DNA of 64,000 nt from Chiloscyllium plagiosum (Eukaryota): NCBI RefSeq assembly GCF_004010195.1, contig NC_057729.1, positions 15,914,344 to 15,978,343 of the forward strand, read 5' to 3'. Position 1 is the stretch's first letter; each line of letters starts with the position of its first letter. The notes beneath the pieces were generated by a model. The model had not been told where the DNA came from and did not search any database. It saw only the letters and a list, made by a program, of their open reading frames with translations. Made by a program: the position numbers and the translations under genes. Shown piece by piece: positions 11,661 through 23,803 of this stretch.

Positions 11661-12872
11661 TTGTTCAATACTGTTAATAGTTACAGATATAATCAAAATT
11701 GAAATATTTTACTGCATATTAATTCATGTGGAAGGGACTGAATCATTACGGTTTTAAATGTATCATTCTTGTTAAGAGTGATGAATATGGCTTTACCAAA
11801 TGCTTATACATGGTTGATGAAGAGCAACTAACTGGGGATTATGTATATTCTTTTGTGTTTCATGAACATCAAACGACCTAATTAACATATTAATAAACTT
11901 ACTTTTAGCTAATCTGTTCACACTCAGAAAACTTGCTCTCGCCTTAATTGCTTTCAGCTCAAAGTACATGGTAATTACAGGAAATCAACCATTATTTTGT
12001 TTTCCCTTTTTCCAACTGACTCTCTGCTATTAGAAACAGTTCCCATCATTATCAGTATTGAAACAGTGGAGATGGCTTACTGTTGAAATATGTCTGTAAT
12101 CATAGGCCATTTTGACACTTACTGTAATCTTCGTACCATTTATTCTCTACCATTATTTATTTTCACTATTTCAGCTTTGCTAGTAATTTATTTTTGTGTA
12201 ATTATCTTTCACAGCTTTACTTACATTATTATTAATCATGGCAATCGTCATCTTCTGGAAAGAACCTCGCTATAGCCCAGCTGTTCTCAGCTTAAATGAA
12301 GATTATTTTCTGAGAAAGGTTCAACACAATAGACACAAGATAAAAAAACACTGAATCTTCTAACAATATTGTGTAAAACAATAAGCCCCCAAGTTTGAAT
12401 GAAACTTGAATGAACTCCCAATATTATTTCCTAAATTGAGAAGGATCAGTTCCTATAAAATTTGAGATTTCTGACGTTCAGGACATGGTAAAATTTTGAG
12501 TTGACTACTTGCAAGAATCAATAAGAATAAATAGATGTTGTTATCATCATTTAATATTCATAAATTCTTCATGATGTAATTCCTGATTTTGATTTGCTTT
12601 GTTATTTTCACATGTACGGAGATGAAGTGAAAAGTATTGTTTTACGTGCAATCCAGACAAACAATACCTTACATAAGTACATCAGGGTAATAGAACAGAA
12701 TGCAGAATATAGTGTTAGCATTTGCTCATCTGCTTCTGAGAATGTGTGTACCTTCTGTGCCTTTGCTTCTCATTTGGAGAACATGCCTTCAACCATACAA
12801 GGGAGACATACTTAAGGAACATATGAGTTCAGGTAGATGTGGGGAACTAAGTTGGATATAATTGTCAGCATT

Positions 12873-13704
12873 GAGTCACGGAGTCATTGAGATGCACAGC
12901 ATGGAAAAAGTTCCTTCAGTCCAACTCATCTATGCTGCCCAGATATCCTAACCCAATCTACTCCCATTTGCCAGCGCTTGGTCCATATCCCTCTAAACCC
13001 TTCCTATTCATATACCCATTCAAATGGCTTTTAAATACTGTAATTGTACCAACCTCTACCACTTCCTCTGGCAGCTCATTCCATACATGCACCACCCTCT
13101 GTGCAAAAAGGGTGTCTCCCTAGGTCCTTTTCTATATCTTTTCTCTCTCAACCTAAACCTCTGTCCTTTAGTTCTGGAGTCCCCACCTCAGGGAAAATAC
13201 CTTGTCTATTTATCCTATCCATGCCCCTCATGATTTTATAAATCTCTATAAGGCCATCCCTCAGCCTCCAACGCTCCAGGGAAAACAGCCCTAGCCCACT
13301 CAACATCTCCCTATAGCCCAAATCCTCCAACCCTTGCAACATCCTTGCAAATCATTTTTGAACCCTTTCTAGTTTCACATCTTTCCGATAGGAAGGAGAC
13401 CAGAATTGCATGCAATATTCCAAAAGTGGTCTAATCAATGTTCTGTACAGTCGCAATAGGACCTCCCAACTCCTATACTCAGTGCTCTGATCAATAAAGG
13501 AAAGTATACCAAACTCCTCCTTCACTACCCTGTGACACTACTTTCAAGGAACTATGAAGCTGCATCCCAAAGTCTCTTTGTTCAGCAACACTCTCTAGGA
13601 CCTTACCATTAAGTGTATAAGTCCTTCTCTGATTTACTTTTCCAAAGTGCAGTACCTCACACTTATCTAAATTAAACTCCATCTACCACTCTTCAGCCCA
13701 TTGG
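12873..13704 (-). mobile_element. CR1/HER1 LINE 3' fragment
   Basis: MEFNLDKCEVLHFG; LGLFSLERWRLRDGLIEIYKIMRGMDR; tail repeats. Confidence 0.92.
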
Positions 13705-13987
13705 GAATATGATTGGAAACATCCTCAATGTGTGGATATAATCCAGAGGATGTTGGGTTGTGAGGATGCAGCTCTTGCTGAAGAGGCAGGATAATGATTT
13801 GAACATTTAATTTCAACCAGTATCACCATACTTTAGTGAACATTTAATTTTAACAAGGTACCGGAAGAGGTTGAAAAACAACAATTCATGGGCTACTAAA
13901 AGACAGGAATACAATAACATGTAACACTCACTGCTCATTTCTTTCCATTCTTACCTCCCACCAGGAAAAAAGGTTCATTGAGAATTA

Positions 13988-14155
13988 AGTCAGAAAAAGC
14001 TGGAAATACTCAGTAGATCTGTAAACAGTTATCAAGATGAAAACGTTATCGATATGAAAAATTAAACATGTGCTCTCTGCACAAATGCTGTCCTGACCTG
14101 CTGAGCATTTAAAACATTTTTATATTTCAGATTTCCAGCAGTCACAGTATTTTCA
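13988..14155 (+). mobile_element. Highly decayed Penelope-like fold-back remnant (family C-like)
   Basis: gctggaaatactcag...cctgacctgctgagcattt...ttcagatttccagca resembles 41106-41318. Confidence 0.5.
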
Positions 14156-14194
14156 CTTTGCATGTATTGAGTCTATTTGTATTAAGATGTTAAT

Positions 14195-14520
14195 TCTTGT
14201 GTTCTGGATGGTGTCAAGCATTTTGGGTGTTATTGGAGCTGCAGTCATTACGGTGAGTGGGGAATATGTCTTCAAACCCATGACTTGTGTCTTTTACTTC
14301 TTGGACAGTCTTTAGGGAGTTGGGAGGTGAGTTAGTTGCTGCAAAGTTCCTAGCCTCTGACCTGCACTTAAAGCCCCAGTATTTGTATATGGTCCAGTTC
14401 GGTGTCTGGTTAATGGTTACCCCCAGCATGTTTATAGCAGGATATTTGGAAATAACAATGCAATTAAATGTCATGGGGATCTGTTTTGTTTATTACTTCT
14501 TGGCGATGATCATTGCCTGT
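14195..14520 (-). mobile_element. L2/CR1-group LINE RT C-terminal fragment
   Basis: INMLGVTINQTPNWT; homologous to 26435-26920 and 39895-40600. Confidence 0.7.
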
Positions 14521-14899
14521 ATTATGACCAAGTTTGGAGAGGGGAATAAATTACTGTCATTTCATTCCTGAAGTTGTTTATAACAGGATGTGAATATTTC
14601 AAGAGTTGTGAGTTTTCATTTGAATATATACTTGATTATGACATGCTATCTGAAGAAATATTTTAAAAAATTGCAGCTGCAGAAATGCAAAGTAGACAAG
14701 CAGGAGGCTGGGAGAACACATCTGAAAAAATAAACCAGCCACATCGCTTGAGAGAACAAAAATAAGTGTCAGTTGTATTGCAAAATGCACTCGGGTAAAA
14801 AGCTTAATAAGTCGATATAACCATGACAGATACACATACTCACATGCAAAAACAGAGCAAATTATAGAATGGTGAAGTTGAAAAAAGGTAAACCCATAC

Positions 14900-15047
14900 T
14901 GTTATGATCCCCAGCTGGTATTATTTTTAGGTAAGTCAGATCCTAGTCTGAAATTAGGCTTGATAGATCATATTTCACTTTGTTTTGGTTTTACCCAGGT
15001 GATCTCTCTTTGGGACCTGATTTGTGACATCAGCTGGAATCATAACA
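14900..15047. mobile_element. 148-bp element with ~17-bp terminal inverted repeats (deleted LTR or MITE)
   Basis: Begins tgttatgatccccagctg and ends cagctggaatcataaca. Confidence 0.55.
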
Positions 15048-15496
15048 ACATTGTATACCTGGGCAATTTTCATCAATGCTGAACAGGTATCCATTTTGTA
15101 GCTATACTAGAACAGGTTGGTTAAGGGTGCAATTAGTTCTGGAGAACAATTGTTCAGATGTTGTCAGGGCCCATTGTCTTTTCTGTATTCAGTGCCTTCA
15201 GCTATTTCTTGATGTCACTTGGAACGAATTGAATTGGCTGAAGGTGCTGGAAGGTGTGAGGTTAGGAACCTCAGGAAGAGGTTGAGATGAATTTTCTACT
15301 TGGCACTTGGGGCTGAAAGTGAATACAAATGCTTCAATCTTGTTTGTACTGATGCGCTGGGTTTGCCCATTGCTGAATCTTCTCCCAGTTACTTGTTTAA
15401 TTGCCCACTACCACCATTCACAATTGGATGTGACAGGACTAGAAAATGTTAGTTGTATTTGCTGATTTGGGATCACTTTGTTCTGTCTCTCATGAT

Positions 15497-15932
15497 TTAT
15501 ACAGCACAGAGACAGACCTTTTGGCCCAAATTGGTCCATGCTGTCCACATTATCCAACCACACTCACCACATCTCCCTGCACTTGACCCATATCCTTCTA
15601 ACCCTTTCCTATCCATGTATTTGTCCAAATGCCTTTTAAATGTTGTTAATATGCCTACCTGAACCACTTCTGCTGGCATTCCATATGCATACCACTCTCT
15701 GTGTAAAAATGTTGCCCCTCAGGCTCCCATTTATTCTTTCCCCCTAATCTTAAACTGATGTCCTTGATTTCCAAACTCTGTGAAAGAGACTAAGTGCATT
15801 CACCCTATCCATGCCCCACATGATGTTATACACTTCTATTGCCCCCTCAGTTTCCTATGCTCTAAAGGAAAAGCTCCTAGCTTGTCCAACCTTTCTCTAT
15901 AATTCAGACCATTGAGTCCTGGCAACATCCTC
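15497..15932 (-). mobile_element. CR1/HER1 LINE 3' fragment
   Basis: PAEVVQVGILTTFKRHLDKYMDRKGLEGYG. Confidence 0.88.
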
Positions 15933-15944
15933 TCACATGCTGCT

Positions 15945-16561
15945 TGTGAAGATCTGGATACCCCCCCCCCCCCCCCCCCACCCAGAGGGGCACCCTTGGT
16001 TCGAGATCAGTCAAGAGAATCACTAGGAGTATAGTCTGTTTAAAGCAAGGTTACCAGTTTAATAAATTAAGGCAGCCTGGCGCAGATTTGTCCAGCAACA
16101 TGGTGGTTAAAAGCTTCTGTGTTCCATGGAGAAATGGCACAATTACATTCGAAAATTCACGTTATTTATATATTTTTTTAAGAGGTAGTACAGCCTTAAT
16201 TACAAGAAAAGACCAATCACATATAATAAGGTAACATGATTGACAACAGGATAATCCAGTGATATTTCCTGGGAAACAGATTGTTATACACACAGAATCA
16301 ACCCATGTTTGCTAGTTCAAGGTTAGTTCAAATACCAAATCACTATCTTATAATTCATATTATGAAAAATCCATTGTATTCTCTTATCTTCTATTTAGCT
16401 TAACTCAGCAAAGCAGCAGTACAAGTTCACAGAGTCAAATCATTACTTTCAGCCATTTTGTTGTGTTATTTTAAATTGAAAAGCCATTTTATGATTAATA
16501 AAAATCTACACATATTTGTTGCTTCTGACAACAGCCTAAATTCAAATTTTAGATTCTCACG
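15945..16561 (-). mobile_element. Probable solo LTR (~617 bp)
   Basis: Imperfect inverted ends tgtgaagatct...agattctcacg; interrupts a LINE; TATA-like and ATTAAA-like motifs on minus strand; no clean TSD. Confidence 0.55.
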
Positions 16562-19500
16562 TGTGCTGTTTGACATGCAAGTGGTCTACGTTACAGCTTC
16601 ACCAGGTTGATACCTCATTAACTATGCCTGGTACTTCTCCAGGCACACCCTCCTTCTCTCCCTTTCATTGGGCTCAGTCTCACAGTAAAGGTCTTTCAGG
16701 ACTCAATCAATTCTGTCAGTAGGGGTGCCACTGAGCTACAATTAATGTTCGACATTGAAATCTGTCACCCAGAGTACATTCCATTTCTGTGTTACCTTCA
16801 GTGCTTCTTCCAAAATGTACTCAATGGAATAGTGACTCGTGAGATGAGGGATGCCATTGGAGGTAATCAGCAGGAAATTTCCTTGACTTAATGACTTGAA
16901 CCCTCTTGGAGGTCAGAGTCAAAGTTCATTGAACTCAGCTCCTTCATTTCTCTCATTACAGGAGAAAATAGTCCATAGCAGCAGAAACAGTTAATATAAT
17001 TAGAAGTGTGAACAACTTTAGGCTCGTACCTCTTCGAGGAGAGAATCTTGACCCCTCATAAGAGAAGGCTGGGACTGCTCCTCAGGAATGTGCAACATCC
17101 ATCTCCCACCAACTGATTAAGTACTAATTTTCATTTCACCACAACTCTCACATTGTCCTACTGTCAGTCTCATTGGTTGCCCACCACATCTAACCCATTG
17201 GCAGTATGCCTTCTCTCTCTTTCATTTTGCAAGAACTACCAATACCTCCACCATCTCTACAGTGGAAAGGGTAACTGCCTCAAATGGTACGTTCTTGATC
17301 TCTGAATACAACGGTACTGAGGCTTCAGAGGAAAAATATCAGCAATGCTGCCTTTTGCATCTCCTACATAGCTCAGCTATTGAAACCCTGGTGGGACCAC
17401 CAACGACTGTGCACCTACTCAGGCCCAGGCAGGAGAGGGGCCTGTAGTATCAGCATCCAGATACATCACACACACACACACACAAGTGACTCAAGGCTGC
17501 CTTTTTGAACAGTTCATTGGTGACATGGAGAGTCAAGGCCAGCACCCTCAGAGCCTACTGGAGGTGAGCATCTACATGCACTCCATTGTCCTACCTCGTG
17601 GTCCTCAGGACCAAAAGCATGGCAACAGGGAAGCGGGGAAAATGTCAAATTCTGCAGATGCTGTGTCCTCACAAGGAGGAGGAACCACATACAGGCTCCT
17701 TAGAAGTCTCCATGCAGGACACTGCAGGGGCTGAAGCCTCCACCTCCACAATGCCAATCTCCTGCCCATCCTTGAAACTTTATGTCCTGATTGATCCACT
17801 TGCCTCGGCCAAGAGTAGTCTCAGCATTTCTAAGCCACCCAGATATAAACACATTCACCACCAAACCTTCAGGCTCAAGAAGCTTTGCTGCTGAGTCGTC
17901 TTCTTCTGCTCCAGCTGTAAAGCTGGGAGTGCATTAAGACATAGTGAGAGGGAGAGGATGAACAGAACTTATTGACAGCACTTTGGAAGGACAGATAACA
18001 ATGCACTGTACAGAATTTACCCCCCACTCTTGTAGAAATGGCATTGCACTTATCTTACATCTGGTTGTTTATCTCTCTGTGTAGCTCTGAATGTAACTGT
18101 TTCAGCATGAGGCATGGCCACACTGCATGTGCAATGCATCGATGTCTGTGTTAACAGCTTGCTGCGGCATCTGGAAGGGACAGCGACAAGGAATTTATAG
18201 AACCATGGGTCTTGCTGACACTATTGTCATGTGTCTTACAACTTCAGTTCTTTCCCAATCCTTGGTGCTCAAAAACATTGGTGTGAATGAGCTGATCCAG
18301 AAAGTGCACAGAAACAGGGAGTTAATGCATTTGGATGGCCAGGTATTAGAGACAATGCAGGTCTGGATGGACTTGTGAGTTATGTTGTTTCCCTCTAATG
18401 GTCCTCACATCAGTGGGACCTGCAGCTTCCTCCCTCAAAATTGAGACACTTACCCTGCCCACTCCATGCGTCATCACAACTATTTTCATCCATTTCATAA
18501 TTATCATCCACATTTCTTCTCAGCACGCAGCCCCCAATCCTGAAGAATGACTTGCTGAGTCTCCTTCTCATAGCAACACCCCCTCGTTGTCCCTTATCCT
18601 CACTTCGGTTCCCCTTGGATTCTGTGGATGGGTCCAATGGACTGACTGTAGCCCACTATCTTGAGTAACTTAACCAAACAGCCCCCAGATAAGAAATGCC
18701 TTGGGCTGTAACTGATGGATATGCTTCTCCACGACCATCTTACTCCTACACCCTGGACTGGCTGCTGTGGACTGACCATGATCGACTTTCCAGACTGCAA
18801 AGCCATGGACCCCTGACTAAGAACACTCCCATGTAGATACATGATTGTGGATAATCCCCTGGACTAGTATGAGAGAATGCCATTGATTTATTGAGTCAGG
18901 ACCCCAGCTGACAGGTGTCTCCATAGACTTTGAGATTCGGCTACCCCTTGCTATACATGCAGTGTGTTTCAGTGGAAGCTTCCGGGTGTGAGATTGATGT
19001 GTTACACTGACACACAGCAAGAAGTACACCCCTGACGATGAATTGCTAATTGACAGGCAAAGTGATGGGTGCTGTGAGCCTGTAGGTTGGTGCTAAGAGA
19101 GCAAGCACAAAGAGGGCAAGTGAACAGCCCTGAAATGCAGCCTGGTCCAGACCTTCAGCTAGGTCTCTGGCCGTATGCACAATGTGTTCCTTCAGTAGCT
19201 TTTAAATTCTAGTTGCTAGTGTACCCTGCAATGTAAGTCTATATGTTCAGAGTGCTCTGCGAGAGTATTGAAGAGATTGTGAACAGTTGGAAAATGCCAA
19301 GTACGAATGTCCATGGACAAGGGTGCATGTGGCTGATGCCCAAGAATTCTGCCCTGAGTTGTATTTTGGCCATATGCAAACATGGAGGTCTTTTGGAACA
19401 GGTAGCTTTCTGAATCTGGTGCTCTAAAATCCGTGTCAAGTTCTTTTGATGTCTAGCTTGGTTGGCACATTGAGGAACATTGGATCTGAATGTTAACATG

Positions 19501-19877
19501 TCAAGTTAAGTACTTAGCAAGGTGCTTAACAATGTATAATCCCTTTTGATGGGCAACTCACTGCTGCTTAGCAAGAAACTCACCTTGTCACTCACCAAAA
19601 GCAAAAAACATGGAATGGGTTTTACCTGACATCAAGATAGGCCTCACCAGACTTCCCATTCTGTTAATTTAGAAATAAATCACATGAGAGCCTCACTCCT
19701 ATAAAATCCTGGCTCTAGGCATGGTAGATTTCTCTTTTTGTTTCCTCCTCTCAAGGCTCCATCAGAAATCTGTTTCCTAAAGTTAGAGATCGCATGTCTT
19801 GGGAATACTACCTGTAGGCTTGAATGTTTTTCTGCTGTCTTATTGATCCAAATAGCTGCAACAATGAAGGTGAATCC

Positions 19878-20245
19878 TTGAATCCCTACAGTGTGAAAGC
19901 AGGCCATTTGTCCCATTAAGTCCAGACCAGCCCTCTGAACAGCATCCCACCCAGACCACTCACCTACTCTATCTCTGTAACCCTACATTTCCCATGGTTA
20001 ATCCACCTAGCCTGCATATCCCTGGACACTATGGGCAATTTGTCATGGGCAATTTGTCATGGCCGATCCAGCTAAACTGCACATCTTTGGACTGTGGGAG
20101 GAAGCTGAAGCACCCAAGCAAACCCACACAGACATGGGTAGAATGTGCAAAATCTACACAGACAGTCAGTCAATGGTGGAATTAAACCCAGGTCCCTGTT
20201 GTTGTGAGGTAGCAGTGCTAACCACTGAGCCATCATGCCACCCAC
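19878..20245 (-). mobile_element. HE1-type SINE
   Basis: Reverse-complemented HE1 head, core and tail. Confidence 0.88.
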
Positions 20246-20949
20246 ATGTAAAGTTTGTCCAAGAAATACATGGTTTATCGCATAGTATCTTCTAACATAT
20301 GTTCTACTATTTTAGCTATCAGCTTTGAATTCTATTGTCTTGCTGATTGTGGCATCCCAAGAGCTCAAGATGTCCACATCCATTTATTCATGTTACTAGA
20401 TCTCTTTAATTTTTCCTTCGGCTCTTTCAAAATCATTAGTAACATCATTTATTTTCTCCTGATAAGCAAGGTTTTCACACTTACATATACTTTTACTGGT
20501 TGCTCATGAGCTTGCATGGGGGCAGATGTATTTCCCATCTTGGAAAGTGCTAACAGCTGCAAGATATGTACTTTGAAATTGAGGTTTAATTGAGCTTTTC
20601 TTGAATAAGGGCCTCAGTTGACAGCCTGATCTGAATAGCACTAATGGTGAGCTCTGAGCTGAAAATATTTGACAACCATATGGTAAGCTATTGTTAAATA
20701 GGCTGAGAATAGGAAGCAGATGGTTTGACGTAATCAGCAGCAGGGAGTCCATCTGGTTTGTCTGAGCCACGTCATATCGCTCTCCAGTAGCTTCAAATAT
20801 ATTCTGAAATACAAGGCACTGTGGATAACAGCTGGCAATTGAAACAATTCTCGCATTGTCTCAGTGTCAATGCAAACATGCAAAAAGATCAACAAGGTGT
20901 ATCAGACCTATCAAATGATTTGGAGGAGCCAGTAAAGGATTCTATGAGC

Positions 20950-21068
20950 TGGGGGGGACAAAGTTAAAAATCACACAGCACCAGGTTAGTCCAACAGGTT
21001 TATTTGGAAGCTAATTCTTTCAAATAAACCTGTTGGACTATAACCTGGCATTGTGTGATTTTTAACTT
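20950..21068 (-). mobile_element. Penelope-like fold-back remnant (family B) with hammerhead centre deleted
   Basis: aagttaaaaatcacacagcaccagg...cctggcattgtgtgatttttaactt inverted arms. Confidence 0.8.
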
Positions 21069-21245
21069 AATCCTATCACAAACTGTGTTGATACTGCAAA
21101 GCATAATGACCTTCTCTTCAATAGTATGATCACCTGAAAAAAACTGGGCAATTTCTCTCTCACCACTCCCCTCAAAGGCAGCCCAAATTAGTTCAGTAGA
21201 ACAGTTCCCATGAATTGTATAGCAAATACCAACTTTTATTTGGAT

Positions 21246-21496
21246 TTAGATTAGATTAGATTAGATTAGAGTAGATTACGTACAGTGTGGAAACAGGCCC
21301 TTCGGCCCAACAAGTCCACACCACCCCGCCGAAGCGCAACCCACCCATACCCCTACATTTACCCCTTACCTAACACTACGGGCAATTTAGCATGGCCAAT
21401 TCACCTGACCTGCACATCTTTGGACTGTGGGAGGAAACCAGAGCACCCGGAGGAAACCCACACAGACACGGGGAGAACGTGTAAACTCCACACAGT
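21246..21496 (-). mobile_element. HE1-type SINE, young, head truncated
   Basis: (ttaga)n tail; core nearly identical to 49647-49944. Confidence 0.92.
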
Positions 21497-21519
21497 AGTG
21501 ATATTAGTCATAGCAAGGA

Positions 21520-21830
21520 TTTTCTCCAGCTCCCAAGACTAGAACTAATGGATACAGTATCTTCGATTAAAGGTGGAGATGCGAAGATTTTCCTTTTCTC
21601 TGAGGGCTGTGGAGTTTCAGGAAATCTCTTCCCTGGAAACAAGTGGAAGCAGAGACATTGACTATTATTAAGGTGCATGTGGATAGATTCTTGACTAACC
21701 AGGAAATTGGAGGTTGATGGGAGGACAAAGGATTGTTGTGTTGAGGCCACAGTTAGAATGGTGGACCAGATTTAAGGGACTGAACAGATTTCTACTGCTC
21801 CTAATTTGTACATAGGCATGTATGTTCCAT
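21520..21830 (+). mobile_element. CR1-type LINE 3' end (old)
   Basis: ttctctgagggctgtggag...tggatagattcttgac...ctactgctcctaattt tail. Confidence 0.7.
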
Positions 21831-21957
21831 TTTCAACAGTTACAACAAATCAAATTCACCAAATAAGCCTGCAATTTGCTCCACGTTTTGATGGTCTTCT
21901 GTCTAAGTGACATCTCACTTAGCTCTGCGCTTGCGTCAGTGCTCTGCATGCTCATTT

Positions 21958-23059
21958 TGTTCAAAGTTGTTCAAGTAGTTTAGTTCCGTAGTTGGCCGGG
22001 TGGATCTTAATGAGTATGAGTCTCTTGATTGGAGTTGTTAACCTGGGCCAATCAGGGGTTCTGGCTGACAGATGTAAACAGGAGTCCCCCCTTGTTGATT
22101 TTCTCAAAAACCTCCTCCTCTGCTTTTGGTTGCACTTCAGTCCCACGCTCCTGATCTTCGGGCACCCGGTACGGAGGAGGGAGGGCAGGTCTGAAGACCT
22201 CCTCGTGGGTCTCCTCCTGGGCTTGGCCAAACTGGCCATCAACAGGTCGAGGCAGTGGGCCATGGAGGGGGTCATTAGGGCTGACTGCCTGCCCCTCTTC
22301 CGCGGTTAAGTTAGAGCCCGGGTGCCCTTGGAGAAGGAGCACGCGGTGTCCACCAACACCCTGGAGTTGTTCAGGGAGAGGTGGGTGCCGCAGGGAGTGG
22401 AGTGCATCATTTCTCCCTCCAACTCTATTTTGATTTAGTCCCTACCCTCCCCCTCACTGTTTTTGATCACACAGCACTGCCCTTTGATGTGAAGGGCAGT
22501 GTTTGTCACTGGCCACCCAGGTGTTTTCCTATCTTCCTGGTGGTGGAAATTGAATAAAGATTTGTGCACTTTGTGTCCTTCACTGTGTATCACACCTGCA
22601 CACACACACCAAGGGTGCTGGTGAAAAAATAAGCACTACCGCGGGGTTAGGTGGTAGTGTGGAGAAAGAAAAAAAAAGAAGAAAAAGAAAGAAAAAGAAA
22701 AAAAAACAAAAAAAATAGGAGTCCCCCCTTTTTGATTTTCTCAAAAACCTCCTCCTCTGCTTTTGGTTGCACTTCAGTCTCACGCTCCTGATCTTCGGGC
22801 ACCCGGTACGGAGTAGGGAGGGCAGGTGCACTACCACAGTTAGGCGGTAGTGTGGGGGAAGGGGTTAATAAAAAAAAAGAAAAAAGAAAAGAAAAAGAAA
22901 AAAATATAATCAGGGAATTATCACAAAAAGTAAACAGGAGTCTCAGGGATTTTCCTTACTCAAGCAACTGGCTCTGTGCTGTTAAGAGTCCCTGTACTGT
23001 GTATGTATAAGTGATGGATGATTTGATAAAGAGCTACTGGCCTCCATAGAGTTCATTCA
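21958..23059 (+). mobile_element. Short solo LTR-like element split by the Tx1 insertion (21958-22086 plus 22908-23059)
   Basis: TG...CA ends; CCAAT box (ggccaatcaggg) and TATA-like taaacagg on both sides of the insertion. Confidence 0.55.
22087..22905 (+). mobile_element. Tx1/L1-group LINE, 5'-truncated 3' end with partial second copy
   Basis: FWLHFSPTLLIFGHPV...LLLGLAKLAINRSRQ...RARVPLEKEHAV...FRERW (Tx1 ORF2 C-terminus, premature stop at 22307, end at 22438); AATAAA at 22553; 3' hairpins; two A-rich tails. Confidence 0.85.
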
Positions 23060-23593
23060 AGTTCTATCACCATTTTAAAGACTTCAGTAAAGTAACAACA
23101 TGAAAAGGCTCAGTTTCTTAAGCCTATTATGATATCTAAGAGCTTTCACACTAAGGTTTCAAGTGGTTAATCTCCTTTCCTTCTCCTCACTTGACAACAA
23201 CAGTTTTTTTTGTTTCTTAAAAATATGCCAAATTAATCAATTTTTAACTGCTTATGTGCTGCGATGATGTAAGAATAAATTGGTTTCATTGAGTTTGACA
23301 AGGAAAGAGGTTAGCTTTATTATACTTAAATTGATTTTGTTAAAATGTTAAAATACACACTAACTGGCTGGCACGGTAGCTCAGTGGATAGCAGTGCTGC
23401 CTCACAGTGCCAGGGTCTCAGGTTTGATTCAAGCCTTGGATGGCTGTCTGTGTGGAATTTACACATTCTCCTGGTGTATGTGCTGGTTTCCTCCAGGTGC
23501 TCCAGTTTCCTCCCACAGTTCAAAGATGTGCAAGTTAGGTGGATGGGCCGTGCTAAATTGCCCATTGTGTCCACACATGCACAGGCTAGATAG

Positions 23594-23803
23594 TTAAAAA
23601 TCACACAACACCAGGTTATAGTCCAACAGGTTTAATTGGAAGCACACTAGCTTTCGGAGCGACGCTCCTTCATCAGGTGATAGTGAAGGAGCATCGCTCC
23701 GAAAGCTAGTGTGCTTCCAATTAAATCTGTTGGACTATAACCTGGTGTTGTGTGATTTTTAACTTTGTACACCCCAGTCCAACACCAGCATCTCCAAATC
23801 ATG
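23594..23803 (+). mobile_element. Penelope-like fold-back cassette (family B) with 13-bp TSD
   Basis: TSD acaggctagatag at 23581-23593 and 23804-23816; ~80-bp inverted arms plus ~40-nt unpaired tail. Confidence 0.9.
23645..23679 (-). ncRNA. Minimal hammerhead ribozyme with intact core (family B)
   Basis: Minus strand reads CAC-CTGATGA-a-GGAGC-gtc-GCTCC-GAA-AGCT-A-GTG: stem I CAC/GUG, stem II 5 bp, palindromic AGCU stem III, UA cleavage site. Confidence 0.8.

Larger units (their letters stand above)
15050..16910 (-). mobile_element. L2/CR1-group LINE fragment interrupted by a CR1 3' end and a solo LTR
   Basis: Sequence is continuous across the insertions (catgctgct | gtgctgtttgacatgcaag). 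Confidence 0.55.
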
